A stretch of 64,000 bases of DNA from Zootoca vivipara (GCF_963506605.1 NC_083281.1:47802001-47866000), one strand, 5' to 3'. Shown: positions 24,441 to 37,585, counted from the first letter of the stretch. Made by a program: numbers and translations. Notes: generated from the letters alone by a model not told the origin.

Positions 24441-25882
24441 TAGGTTGGAGGTTGACCTGGTTACTCGTAATGCTTTTATTGTAGCTAGAATATTATTGTA
24501 TATTTTAATTGATAAGTATTCATTATTGCAAGCAGTCCTGGAAATTTTATTGACAGGTGAGGTATAAATTCCTATAAAAAGAAATAAATAATTGTGGTTT
24601 TTTCCTACCCAGTTTGAGGCATGCAATGGTATTTGGGTAGCCAAAATTTCCAGCCAAACTAAAATATATTGATTTCATTGACTATTTCAGATAACAAGGT
24701 AATCCTAGGATCCGTTCCTATTAGGTATCAAAGTATCTTATAGTTTACAAAACATATTGCTGTCACTTACATATTTAGACACCTCCCCCACCCCACCCCA
24801 GGTGTGTATGAAGCTATTTAGCAAATTTGTGTGTTTTGGCTTTCTTAAGAGTGAAGGCATAACTTACCTTTGTTCATTGAACCTGAGTGCCCAGGTCATT
24901 CTTATTGCTTAAGAACTTTAGGAGTGCCCTGCTGAATCAGGCCAAAGTGCTGGGTTCTTAGCATGAATCCCAGGAAATGGCAAGTTCAAAGCAGTCTTGA
25001 CCAATCAGTTGTTTTCCATGAGCTAGTAATCAGCTAGTAATTTTACCACCTGTAGCCAGGACTCCTTCACTGGAGGCTTTTAAGCGGAGGTTGGATGGCC
25101 ATCTATAATGGATGCTTTAGTTTAAATTCCTGCATTGTAGGGGGTTGGAATAGATGACTCTCAGGGGTCCCTTCAAACTCTACAGTTCTATGAATTGTGT
25201 CTCAGTCTTAAAGTTAACTTTAAGATCTACCAGGACTAGTATCTAGCGTTCTCTAAATGTATGATAACCTTTGTAGCTATGAGCCCTGTTTACTGTACGA
25301 ACTGCTATCTTCGACAGGGACACTGTGGTTGCACGCTGCAGTTAATGTTAGCTTATTGTTCGTTTGAAACAACCAGCTTCAAAACTGCACAGCCAGAGGA
25401 GGGATCAGGAGGGGTGAGAAGCTGCAGGGCTCAAGCGGCCCTTGTGTGTGTAGCCCTTAACTTGGATGGCTGAGGTTTTTGTCTGCATGAGGACAGGGCT
25501 TTTTCATGGAATGTACTCGACAGTTACCAAATCGGGAGTTTTTCATCAGACATACAATAAAAACAAGACAAAACACATAAACAACCCTTGGAACACTTCC
25601 AACAAATCACAAAGGGCACACATTTTGTATAAAGGTCGTTTGTTAATCTGAGGAAGGAAGGCGAGGTGAAGAATCTTTAATATCGAAGGTCGCAGGAATG
25701 TATGGGAAGCAAGGCAGCCGGTCTGCAGTTGAAGTCCAGAGTGAACAATAGGAGACCATTGGTTCTCCTCTCGGAATCTTTTGACATTGAGACCTGAGTG
25801 CGTCCTGAAGCTGTCACTTTTATGCCACTGATTAGGGAACACATGCCTTGGTTTAAGAACGGACTTCCAGAACGGATTAAGA

Positions 25883-26011
25883 NNNNNNNNNNNNNNNNNN
25901 NNNNNNNNNNNNNNNNNNNNNNNNNNNNNNNNNNNNNNNNNNNNNNNNNNNNNNNNNNNNNNNNNNNNNNNNNNNNNNNNNNNNNNNNNNNNNNNNNNNN
26001 NNNNNNNNNNN
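25883..26011. other. Assembly gap (129 N)
   Basis: Run of N. Confidence 1.
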
Positions 26012-27974
26012 TACGGAAACAATTGACACAGACTTTCATCAAGAGCACACTAGCAGTAGCTTACAGGCCAAGCTTGCCAGTTCTAAAAGCAGAGGCAGAA
26101 ATGCAAAGCCAGAGCTAGATGGGGTAAAATTGGGCAAGTTGGAGAAAGAGGCTCGTTGAAGCAAGGAGGAGTGACAGGTGAGGTGAGGAGATGAAATGGA
26201 TGGTGACTGGGGCTGTTTGCTGCCAGAAGAGAAATAGAAGTTTCCAGAGGAAGAAGGCAGCTTTTGGGTATTGACTTTGTGAGGCATAGGCATTAGGTAA
26301 GATTCGGGCAAGAATGGAAAGAAAGCTGTGGGAGACTTGGGGGGCATGGCTTGTGAATGGGTGGAAGGCAAGTTATATACCAGCAAAAAAAAGCAGAAGT
26401 GCAGATGAAGGAGAAAAGGGCAAAGCAAGAGCAGATCTCCAAAAGCAAGATTGGAGAAACGGGGGCTGAGAGTGAGCGAAAGCTTGTAGTCCTGTAGGGG
26501 AGAGATTGGGGGCAAGAGGGAAAATATAGAATTTGGCCAGCTAGTGGTCTGTGCACTCTGGCATTCATCACAGTGTCCCATTGTACCAGAAGTGGTTTAG
26601 TCATGCTGGCCACATGACCTGGAAAGCTGTCTGTGGACAAATGTGAGATGAGCACCACTCCCCATAGTCGCCTTGGACTGGGCTTAACCATCCAGGGGTC
26701 CTTTATCTTACCTTTTGCCTTACCGGTACTTCTGATGAAGATGAAGATGAAGACGTGGTGGGGCTGAGAAGAGACAAGATGGGTTTCCACGTGGAATGTC
26801 GTTTGTGAAACGAGTGAGATTTCTTCAGGGGTTCCAAAGGTTCCCAGCTGCTAGGGCAAAAAGCAATTGCTTTTATGCCCAAGATAAGAGCTTCATGATG
26901 TGAATAGAAGCAAAGACTCGCAATCCATTTTTTCCTGCCTACTCAAACTCCCTGGATTCAGAGGTTGTCGTTCCCTTGGTTAAAGGCCTTGGTTAAAGGA
27001 TAAAACCAACCTGAGCTGCAACCACCTTTGTCTGTTGCTTCTAAGTGGGGGACTTGGTTTTTTAATTTAACAAGCAATTCAGAAGGAGCCACAGGTGTGG
27101 GGGCTGAGACAGTGTTGTAGATGCTCCTCCACCAGGTTTTTGGTTATGACACAAGCTGCTCTGATCTCTTTGTATGCCTAGAATTTCAGCTGCCATGATC
27201 TCAATCAAGTTGATCTCATAACAGTGGCTGTATGAAAAAATAATGCACCAGGAGCACTCACTGACTTAAGTAAGGGGCAGCTTCATCAGGGATTGAATCT
27301 TGTGAAAAGCAACATGCTTGCTGCTGAATGAATAGAGCATTGGTCAGAATAATGGACATACTGTGTGTTTGCATGTAAGTAAGTGGGCCAGACAATGCAA
27401 TGCAGAGGCTCTTGTCGTTCTATTGACAAAGTCGGCCTTGAACTCTTGCCAGTGAATCCTCTCTGTGAGTTTTCTGTTTGAAACAGAGGAAGACTTCCTT
27501 TGTTTTAGGGAAGAAAAGAATCTGTGTCTTTTCCTATTGCAGTAAATTAAGCAGATTCTTATTAGGAGTCCTCCCCTAACAGAGTTGTGGGGCCTCTCAG
27601 CTTCATATATAACAGCGTGATGATTTGACCCTCTCACTTGGTACATTTGTAACATAAGTTGGCACCTCATTGGAGGGTGATTTTAGGAGTTAGCATCCTC
27701 TTCCAAGCTCAAGGACCACTTTGTAATTCCAATTTATGTTTGGTCAAATGAATCTTCTTGGGGTTTCCCCCCCCTCCCAAATTTAAGATGCTAACTGTGT
27801 TCTGGAGACTATTGTGCAATTGGTGATCAGCTGCGTGTGTAGTGCTCACCCCAGTATGGAAATGTCATTGCATCTAACCTCTGGGTTTCTCCACATCTGC
27901 CTGGAGAGGTTCTCCCTAGCTATTCTAGGCTGCACCAACAGAAGCATTGTGTTCACATCAAGGGAAGAAATAAA

Positions 27975-28338
27975 AGGTAATGGTACCCCTTACCTGACCG
28001 TTAGGTCCAGTCGTGGAGAACTCTGGGGTTGTGCACTCATCTCGCTCTATAGGCCAAGGGAGCCAGCATTTGTCTGCAGACAGCTTCCGAGTCATGTGGC
28101 CAGCATTACTAAGCTGCTCCTGGCGAACCAGAACAGTGCACAGAAATGCCATTTACCTTCCCGCCAGAGCAGTACCTATTTATCTACTTGCACTTTGACG
28201 TGCTTTTGAACTGTTAGGTGGGCAGGAGCTGTGACCAAACAATGGGAGCTCACCCCATCATGGGGATTTGAACCACTGACCTTCTGGTCGGCAAGCCGTA
28301 GGCTCTGTGGTTTAGACCACAGTGCCATCCGCATCCCT
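27975..28338 (-). mobile_element. Sauria SINE
   Basis: Reverse complement of the 17194 element; aaaggtaatggtacccc tail end. Confidence 0.88.
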
Positions 28339-28344
28339 AAGGAA

Positions 28345-28825
28345 TAGTACTACTCTAGTCTGTCTTGGTCAGATCCCACCTGTTCTACTGTGCCAGTTCT
28401 GGGCACCACAATTTAAAAAGGATATGGACAAGCTGGAACATGTGTGAGGGTGGGTGACTAAGCTGGTAAAGGGTTTGGAAGCCAAGCTTTGTGAGGAAAT
28501 GTTGAAGGAGATGGGCATGTTTAGCCTGGAAAAGAGGAGACTTAAGAAGAAATATGATAGGCCTCTTCAAATATCTCAAGGGCTGTCACATGGAAGATGG
28601 AGCAAGCTTGTTTACTCCTGCTCTGGAAGGTTGGACCCAAACCAGTGGATTCAAGTTACAAGAAAAGAGATTCTGACTAAACATCACGAAGAACTTTCTG
28701 ATGGTAAGAGCTGTTTCACAGTGAAATGGACTCCCTTGGAAAGGGTGGACGTCTGGCCATGGATGCTTTAGTTGAGATTCCTGCATTGCAGGGATTTGGA
28801 CTAGATTCTAGGATTCTGTGATTCT
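28345..28825 (+). mobile_element. CR1 LINE 3' fragment
   Basis: cagttctgggcaccacaatttaaaaaggat, tttagcctggaaaagaggagact, (ATTCTRTG)-like tail. Confidence 0.85.
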
Positions 28826-29181
28826 TTGGAGAAGTATTTCAGGGAAGTGGGCATGGAATATGGCTGTGGGTCATATTGTTTTGGATGCCATTGGGCATTT
28901 TGAGGTTACCAGTCACTGCTTCCTTCCTGTCTCCTTGGAAAAGGGATGTTTAGGAATCTGATACACAGCAGCCTGCAGTATTGGCTGCTGTTGGAGTGTC
29001 AGAACTGATCCAAGGCCAGGCTGGGTTGGGAAAGATGGGCTGCTTGCTCTTTTTGATTAAAATAAAGGAGCAAGCTTGGTTTGTGGATGTGCTGTTCTTT
29101 TCTGCAGAATTCCAAGACGTGATTTTAGGAGAATGACCAAAGCCAGCTGGATGTCCTGTTGTGGGCAAATGCCTGCTTTTA

Positions 29182-29738
29182 CAGTCATACCTCGGTTTAA
29201 GTACGCCTCGGTTTGAGTATTTTCAGTTTAAGTACTCCACGGACCCGTCTAGAATGGATTAATCCACTTTCCATTACTTTCAATGGGGAAGTTCGCTTCA
29301 GGTTAAGTACGTTTCAGGTTAAGTACGGACTTCCGGAACCAATTACACTCATACCTCGGGTTAAGTACGCTTCAGGTTGAGTACTCTGTGGACCCGTCTG
29401 GAACAGATTAATCCACTTTCCATTATTTTCAAAGGGAAAGTTCACTTCAGGTTAAGTACACTTCAGTTTAAGACTCAGGCATTCCCAAACTGTGGCCCTC
29501 CAGATGTTTTGGCCTACAACTCCCATGATCCCGAGCTAACAGGACCAGTGGTCGAGGAAGCTGGGAATTGTAGTCCAAAACATCTGGAGGGCTGAAGTTT
29601 GGGGGTGCCTGGTTTAAGTACTCCACGGACCGTCTGGAACGGATTAATCCACTTTCCATTACTTTCAATGGGAAAGTTCGCTTCAGGTTAAGTACAGACT
29701 TCCGGAACCAATTGTGTTTGTAAACCTAGGTACCACTG
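29182..29738. mobile_element. Tigger/pogo-like non-autonomous element with a nested hAT MITE (29476-29611)
   Basis: TA|CAGTCATACCTCGG...GGTACCACTG|TA ends, internal repeats of cttcaggttaagtac and ggattaatccactttccatt. Confidence 0.82.
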
Positions 29739-30409
29739 TATTTTAAAAGAGCATGTTCCTATCCCTGGGGTTCAGTCCTTACTAGCAAAAGGACATGATC
29801 CAAGACAGTGAGAAATGCAAAATTGTGCCAGAAAGTGCCCAGAGCTGGGTGTGTGGTGCTTCTACTTTGAAAGGCAGTTCTAACTTGAAGCCTGACACCC
29901 ATAGCCTGCAATGGATTTGCACAACAGAGGGGGGTGGGTCCAGGAAAAGGGTTTTTCTTCAACCTTCTGAGTTAGTTCTTGGAGATCAGTGTGGCAATCT
30001 GAGGCTTTGACTACAAAGATTTATAGTGGATTTCTGTTCATGGCACAATTGATGCAAAGGGAGAGAAGAAGCCCATGGAAAGCAGTCTGCTCTTTTTCTT
30101 ACTGTGGTACCCTGGGTTGCGACTGGCTTGAGCCATCTGTAGCAGCCCTTCATTGTCTATCCTGCAGGAGAGGACAATTTCACACAAGTTCCCTGTTTCT
30201 TACAGGAGGGGAGGAGGGCTTGCATTGATCAGATGTTGCAACCAAGAATTTGCCTTCCCTGGGGGCTGTTGGAGCATATTGGGGGTGGGGGGGGGGAGTG
30301 TCCCTTCCACCAGGCACCCTTGGGCAAGAGGCTTCCTCCCTCTGGCTGACCTTTGACAAGTCTTATTTTACATATGTATCATTTTTAAAATCCTCCTCTT
30401 TCTCTCCAG

Positions 30410-31360
30410 TTTCAGGGCTTTGTTGCAGCAGAACCTTTTCTGGGCCAGCAAGTGGAGAGGGAAAGATTGCCAAGGGATTATTTAAAAGCCTAAGCAGCGG
30501 AGGAGGAGGAGGAGCCACTGGGACACTGCACTTCCACGCCTGCCAGATGCCAAATTGGAGAGGAAGTTGCAGGGCTGAGCGGGAGCTGTGTCTGCAGACT
30601 GAGCGTGTGTGGCAGCAGCAGAGGGCGGAGAGAGCGCCTGGGCCACCCAAGCGGCGGCTGTCCCCGGGCAGCGCTGATCCAGATGTGCAGCTGCCAGCTC
30701 AGAGGCGAGGTCCTGGGATGGGAACTGGCAGGAGCTTCCTGTCTGCTGGAGTGGTGGTGCTGAGGGAACGTGGCTCATTAACCCCGAGGATGGAGCTGCT
30801 CTGATACTTGACAAACAGCTGCTTTCTCTTTCTCCGGCTGGGATGCAGAGCCTTGAAATGTGTGCCAAGGAGCAGACAGGACCATGACATTCTGCTTTGT
30901 GTTAGGACAGGCTCTGCCTCTCCTCTCAGGAAGGAAAAATACTCAGGCAGAGTTGGGGACCTAGTTTGCTGGGAGACCCTGTGGAAACGGCTCTCTTTTG
31001 AGTCAAACAGTGGAAGAGGGCAGAGGTCGCTCTTATTTTGCTCTCCTGTGGCCCAAATTCTGTATGCAAAATGCTTGGGCGGGGCCAGAGAGGTTGTGAC
31101 TGATGTAAGAAGAACCCAAAGAGTTGTGGCTGGAAGCTACCTGGGATGGTCTGTTCCAAACACCTGCCAACAGCTGCTGTTGCATTTCCGTAACTAAGTT
31201 GGTCTCTGCAGCACCTGGAGAACTGTGAGGGTTCCCATAATAAGCTTTTGAGAAGCCAAACACTTTCTCTGCCAGCTTTCCCCCCTGCCTTTTTTTCTGT
31301 TGCAAGAGAGAGACAGACCAAGTGACCCTTCCTGGCCTCTCCTCCCCTCTCATGCCCACC
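30410..31360 (+). other. ST3GAL2: ST3GAL2 exon 2, 5'UTR portion (~950 nt)
   Basis: Strong acceptor tcctcctctttctctccag at 30409; no recognisable TE up to the ATG; consistent with the ~1 kb exon-2 UTR I recall for mammalian ST3GAL2. Confidence 0.65.
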
Positions 31361-31690
31361 ATGAAGTTTTCGCTGCGCTTCTGGTTCCTCTCCACGGCTT
31401 TCCTGCTTGTCTTCATCATGTCCCTCCTTTTCACCTACTCCCACCACAGCATTGCCTACCTAGACCCCAGTGGGCTGAACGGCATCCACCGGGTGAAGCT
31501 TGTGCCAGGCTACGCTGGTATGCAGCGCCTCAGCAAGGAGGGGCTCTTTGTGCGGAGCTGCACCTGTCGCAGGTGTGTGGTGGACGTGAGTGACTCAGAG
31601 TGGTTCGACACCCGCTACGACAGTAACATCTCCCCAGTGTGGACCAAAGAGAACATGGACTTGCCGCTGGATGTCCAGAGGTGGTGGATG
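31361..31690 (+). CDS. ST3GAL2: ST3GAL2 coding exon 1 (cytoplasmic tail, TM anchor, stem)
   Basis: cccaccATG; [30 protein letters not shown]...DVQRWWM|gtgagt, 330 nt. Confidence 0.98.
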
Positions 31691-32979
31691 GTGAGTTTTT
31701 TGGGGACCGGGGACCGGGGGAGGGGTTGACATTCCCACTCCTATTACAACCACTTAGGGCAGCAAGACCAGGACAGCCTGCTAAGTCTAAGCACCGTGCA
31801 ACAAAATTCCCAGCCTGCAAGCTGCTTAGTCTGTATCCTGTATCCTGTTAGTGGTTCCCATCAAGCTCTCTGGTACTATTGCTGCTATAATTTACAGTGC
31901 TGTGATTAATCCAGGTGAAATAGCACCTTGCCTAGAAGTGATCACTATATAGCAGGGCTTCTCTCCCCAAAGGCCAGATGGAATGCAGTTCCTGGGTTGT
32001 CTTAGTGAAGGGATGACTAAAAGTCACATTAAAGCCTCTCCCTAGATCTCTGAACTTTTAAGAGTGATTTACCTCCCGGCACCCCTCCACCACCCCAAAA
32101 GTAAAAAAATATATCCTGTTTTTTTGTTGTTGTTTCTTCCTTTTAAGCTCCTCTAATGCACCATCAAATTCTGTCCATTCCACATTTACCAGGGCCATTG
32201 TGTGGCTAGCAGTTGGCTGCCCTTGGGCTCCTTTGGGTGAAAATGTGGGCTACAAAAGGAATAATCAAACTAATAGTGTGTGCTCAAGTAGCAGCTGACC
32301 ATGAGTGCTTTTTGTCAGTTGTACATGGCAACAGGGCTTCCTAGACATGAGGGTTGCTATCTTGCCTGCAAATCTTAAATACCTGTTCTTCAGCATCTGC
32401 AGACAAGGCCTTGCACTACAGTCTTCCAGGGTCAAGCGACAAAGATGGTACAGGCATCATTTTCTTGAAAGCTGCTTTGGTTTGCTTTTCTCCTCTGCAG
32501 GAGTTTCCCCCTTAGCGCAAGGGGAGGAGAAGCAGAAACCTGCAGTCTAAACAGAGCCATGACTCATGCATGTGCAGGTTGCTTGGCTTTTGCCTCCCTC
32601 TGCCGTTTGGGCAGAACCAAGGTTTGTGCCTCTCCAGATGTGTTCTTAGTTTGGGTGTTGCTACTTGGGAAGCAGCAACCAGCTGCAGCCTCTGCCTTGG
32701 ATAGCCTGCTTCTTCCTCTCCTCTCCTCTCCTTTTGGCCATCCAGCAGCACCATCTGTTTGATGAAAGCTGCAGAGCTTTTTGCTGAGTGACTGAGGCTG
32801 GATTTGCTGCAGGGGCTGAACTTCTCACCTTTCTTAAAAGGCCCAGATTGGTGCTCTCATTGTGTAACTGCTAAGAAGAATAAGGAAGCAGCAGGCCAGC
32901 TGTTCCTTGCCTCTTGCCTTGCCATCTATCTCTTCCAGGAATGTTTCCCTCCCCAGCCTAGTGCCATCCTTTTGTCAGA

Positions 32980-33100
32980 CTAGCTCAGTCGGTGGAGCTA
33001 GGGCCATGGGTTTGAGCCCCGCATTGAGCAAAATATTCCTGCATTGCAGGGGGTTGGACTAGAAGATGGCCCTTGTGGTCCCTTCCAGCTCTACAGTTCC
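32980..33100 (+). mobile_element. tRNA-headed SINE fragment with CR1-derived tail
   Basis: tagctcagtcggt A-box-like head, then ttcctgcattgcagggggttggactag...cccttccagctctac. Confidence 0.6.
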
Positions 33101-33849
33101 TACCAGCATGCCTTTGCTGGCTGAGGCTGATGGGAGTCTTAGCCCAAAGCATCTGGGTGGGGGTCAGGAGGCACCAGGCTGGGGTTGGCTGGTTTGCTCC
33201 AGCCAGGAGTAGCTCTCCAGGGTCCTCAGCAGAGAAGGGCTTTTCCTAGTCCTGCTACCTTTTAACTGGGGATTCGGAGGAGCCAGGTGAGGATACCTGG
33301 GGGGAAGGCACCATCCATCCTCTTAGCATCTCTGGCACTGGGAAGAGAAATAGGCCATATGCAAGAACCACTTTCTGCCTTCCTGAGGATATGATGGCTG
33401 GTCCTTGCTGTGTAGTTTGGTCTGTCCCCCTTCAGCCACCTCTGCAGAGGAGAACGTTCTTCTTTTGAATTTAATATTTTGCAGGTAAACAACCAACCAA
33501 ACAGAACAGGGTAACAACACAACCTATTCTTATGTCCTCAAGGGAGTCAAAACCATATCTCACCATTTGTTGTCCTCCAGAGAGATGTCACCAGTCCTGG
33601 GAATAGTCTTTCATTTCTTGTTTTTATCCAGAGTCAATGCTTTGGAGATTTAGTGAAGAACTTTCTTAGGGCCTGCTGCAGGAAAGGCTTGCCCCCAACC
33701 CCCCGCCCCACCCCACCCCACTGTTTCTTGTGTCCAGCAGAGTGTGGACATCTCATGCAGGGCAGAATTCCCAGGACCAAGAAGTACACAGTGCTCTATA
33801 TTCTTCTTTGGCTTCTGTACATTTCTGAATATACAGCATCAGGAAATGC

Positions 33850-34510
33850 CATCTCACACTCTGCTTTTCAGCCTCCCATCTCTTGTAACACATCTCCTCC
33901 ACTCCCCACTTCTTTATTTTTCAGTTTCAAAAAACACGTATAACAAGCAATCCCCATATAACCCCCAAGAAGCATTATGTGAATATACAAAGTAAATGCT
34001 ACTGTCAAACAATAAGCAGGTTAGTACAATAGTTCATGGTTGATTATGGCAGTTAAGGGTCTTCTACTCTGTTTTAACAGATTGTCCCAGAGTAAGGCAT
34101 CGGTAGCTGGTGGTGGGTGGACAACATTGCCCTTTCCATTGTACTAAATTAAACATCCACCTTTCATTCCACATTACAGTTCCTCTGGTCTTTGTCTTCC
34201 TGAGCACTCTAAGATGTTTCTCCATGAGGATTATATCCCATAGTCTATCCCACCATGCCTCCAGAGCTAAGATAGTATGGTAGCTGTTTTCTAATATTGT
34301 CTAATTGTATTTCTAGCTGCAGACATGAAAAAGATTAGTAGTAGGTTCTGAAATAATAAATTCTTATGGTCATCTGTAAACAGATTTAATAAAGCTAGCC
34401 TTGGATCAGGTTGTATCACCTGCCCTGTAATAGAATAAACTTCTTCAAAGACTAATTTCCAAAATAATTGGAAAACAGGTATGCATTCACACCACATAAT
34501 GCAACACACC
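33850..34510 (-). mobile_element. Old L1-clade LINE 3' fragment
   Basis: IMWCEC...FWKLVFEEV...AARNTIRQY resembles an L1 ORF2 C-terminus. Confidence 0.65.
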
Positions 34511-35055
34511 TTGACTCCTGAGGAAAGAGGCTTGTTAATACCCTGGATTGCATCTTGATGTTATATTTGTATGTTGCTCTTTCCCAAATATGCTTGAGCT
34601 AGTGCAGCGGCTCACATCAATTGTAGCCCCATCAAATTTCATTTTGTCAGAATAGCAAAAGCAATACAATATATATCTGAAATTCATAAAAGAAAATCAC
34701 AGAAGCATATTTCATATCAGTGACACAGTGATAACAGCACTGAATACCAGGCCAAACTATCAATCACCTCTGCCTAATCCAATACAATTTGTATCACAAG
34801 AAGCGAATAATATTATTGTAAAGGGATCTCCGCTCCCTCTCAAGTCTTCAGCTCCTAGGATATGTTTGGGGGAAGCTTTGGTGTTAAGCTGGTCTGAGTC
34901 CAGTTTCAGAGCAAGGTGTAAATGTAGACAAAAGGCAGCATGTCCTTCTCCTACTCCCATGTGTGAAGGATTTAGTATACCACACTAACAGCTGGCTGCT
35001 TGGTGCCTGTGGGGTGTTCACTTTGGCCTCATGTTGCCCTCTCCTTTCCCTGCAG

Positions 35056-35249
35056 ATGCTACAGCCACAGTTCAAGTCCCACAACCTGAACGAAGTCTTG
35101 GGGAAGCTCTTCCAGATTGTCCCTGGAGAGAACCCATACAGCTCCCAGAACTCACAACCGTGCCGCCGCTGTGCTGTGGTTGGCAACTCGGGCAACTTGC
35201 AAGGCTCTGGTTATGGCAGGGAAATCAATGGGCATGACTTCATCATGAG
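35056..35249 (+). CDS. ST3GAL2: ST3GAL2 coding exon 2 (start of sialylmotif L)
   Basis: 194 nt, tgcag| and |gtgagt; [30 protein letters not shown]. Confidence 0.98.
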
Positions 35250-36149
35250 GTGAGTGACTGGGAGGGCCAGATCCCTCTGTGTCTTGGGCTGTCTTCTCTC
35301 CATCATTGCTGGGCTGGCTCTTGCATCGGAGAACAGCAGCCCGGCAAACATTGGGGACGAAGAAAGCAGCAGCAGCAGCTGGTGCCACCTACCTCTTCCA
35401 CTCCAGTTTCTCTCCCTGCTGAGGAAGGAGGTTTGACTCCCAGCCCCTCTTGCCTGGCCAAGGGACCATCTGACTACTTGGCGATTCTCTGTTCGCCACC
35501 TTCAGCCACCCCACTAGCTGTCCAAGGAACAGATACCTGTGCTTGCATTTAGTTGCTGCTGCCTGAAAGTTTCCAGAAGCTCTGCCAGCATTTGGGGTCT
35601 GTCACTGGGCAGACATTGCTTTGCAATTTGAAATAGTATGAACGTGTATCTGGATTGGCTGAAACAGGCCTAAAGTGGCTGAAACTTTTTCCCAGAGAAA
35701 GGCCTGGAAAGCTGGCATTTCAACTGGAAGCAAATAAAATAAACATTGATGAACTTGGGCAGCTGCTCTTGAGTCCCCTGAACTGGGTAGTTTTCCCTTG
35801 AATGCATGAGGTGGGGTGACCTATTACTCCGACAGGATTGCCTGCAGTGCAGAGTCAGTTCAGTTCAAGCATAGGCAACCTTGGCTCTCCAGGTGTTTTG
35901 GAACTACAACTCCCATGATCCCTGACCACTGGCCCTGTTAGCTTGGGATCATGGGAGCTGTAGTTACAAAACATCTGGCCAGCCAAGGTTGCCTATGCCT
36001 GGTTCAGGTGTTTGGCTGCAGGTCAATATGGCATTTGGATGGTGTTGTCAAGTGGACACTTGGTTAATCGTATTCGTTCCTCCACCTCTTCTCTCCCACT
36101 TTCCCCCCAACTCCCCGCTCCTTTCATCTCATGGCTTTCTACAATTGCA

Positions 36150-36497
36150 GCGCGGGTGGCGCTGTGGGTTCAACCGCAGAGCCTAGGGCTTGCCGATCAG
36201 AAGGTCGGCGGTTCGAATCCCCGCGACGGGGTGAGCTCCCATTGTTTGGTCCCAGCTCCTGCCAACCTAGCAATTCAAAGCACGTCAAACTGCAAGTAGA
36301 TAAATAGGTACTGCTACAGCGGGAAGGTAAACGGCATTTCCGTGTGCTGCTCTGGTTCGCCCGAAGCAGCTTTGTCATGCTGGCCACATGACCTGGAAGC
36401 TGCACACCGGCTCCCTCGGCCAATAACGCGAGATGAGCGCCGCAACCGCAGAGTCGGTCACGACTGGACCTAATGGTCAGGGGTCCCTTTACCTTTA
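36150..36497 (+). mobile_element. Sauria SINE, preceded by a hAT MITE at ~35867-36001
   Basis: GCGCGGGTGGCGCTGTGGG head to GGGGTCCTTTACCTTT tail. Confidence 0.9.
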
Positions 36498-36676
36498 GGT
36501 AGGGGGTCCTTGTGTTCTTGTACAGCACCTAGCACATATGAGATGCTTTTGCATATAACACGTAAGTGGTGTGGGGAACCAGAGTTCTCATTCTGAATCC
36601 AGCTGACTGTGTCTGCCCTACCACCACAGCACCCCTTTCGGGACCCTTTTTGCGGCTATAAGATCCTTCATCACCT

Positions 36677-36696
36677 TGCTGCCATCTAGTGGCAGC
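36677..36696 (-). promoter_or_regulatory. Candidate CTCF site
   Basis: Minus strand GCTGCCACTAGATGGCAGCA matches the CCASYAGRKGGCRS consensus. Confidence 0.55.
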
Positions 36697-37585
36697 TCTC
36701 TCAAAAGGCAGCTTGAGGTGAAGCATCCTGCAGGGTCCCTGGTGGACAGGGTTGCCAGCTGCCCTTAAAGAGCAGGTGTGGGATCCACATGTTTCTCTGC
36801 CCGCTCTGGAATCACATCCTGGATGGGGCTTGGCTGCCTCCTGTGAAGCAATGCGGCCTCTCCTTTCTCAGTGAAGCAAAACCCACGGGTCTTTCTCCTT
36901 GGTTACTATTATTAGGCCTAATGTTGTGATTTTGCCTAACTTGGCAACTGGTGGGTGATCCAGGACTGAGCTGAAAAACTTTGCTCCCTTCAGTGTTTGT
37001 TGGAGATGGGAGAGACCTAGTTCTGTTGCTGTTTGCATTTGAGGAGAGCCAGAGTCAGAAGTGTGGATGTTTTCATCAGAATTGCCCCTGGTCATCACTT
37101 GTTTGATTTACTCCCATCCGGATGTCAGTACAGGACTCTATTTACAAAAACATCTAGGCACAGGAATAGCATTTTTCCTTGTGCCATCAAAATGTTGAAT
37201 CTGTAGTTGTGGGCGGAGGGGGGGCCAGTTGGTGGTGTGCGTCTTTTCACTGTGCTGTTGTATTGTGGGGGGAATACTGTTTGTATGAGGTACGTTTTAT
37301 CTTTACATTGCAATGAAGTCGAAGCAAAATTCCAAGTATGGTTGATACTTGGCCAATAAATTATTCTATTCTGCAAATAGTTACAAAGGCACTGTGATTC
37401 TTCACTGTATGCTGTTATCATTGCAATGTAAAAGTTGTGCAAGCACCCCCCCCCACCCTCAAAATAATATTTTAGTGTTCAGAGGCTGGATTGAGCTGCC
37501 ACACACACCCTTTTGTAATAATGAAATGCTCCAGACCACAACTTCAGCTAATGCTTCTCCCTGCTCCCCTATTCTTTCCCTGCAG

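Noticed and set aside
29182-29738. Regularly repeated units resembling a CRISPR array
   Set aside because: Vertebrate DNA, no unique spacers, no cas genes; internal repeats of a Tigger-like element
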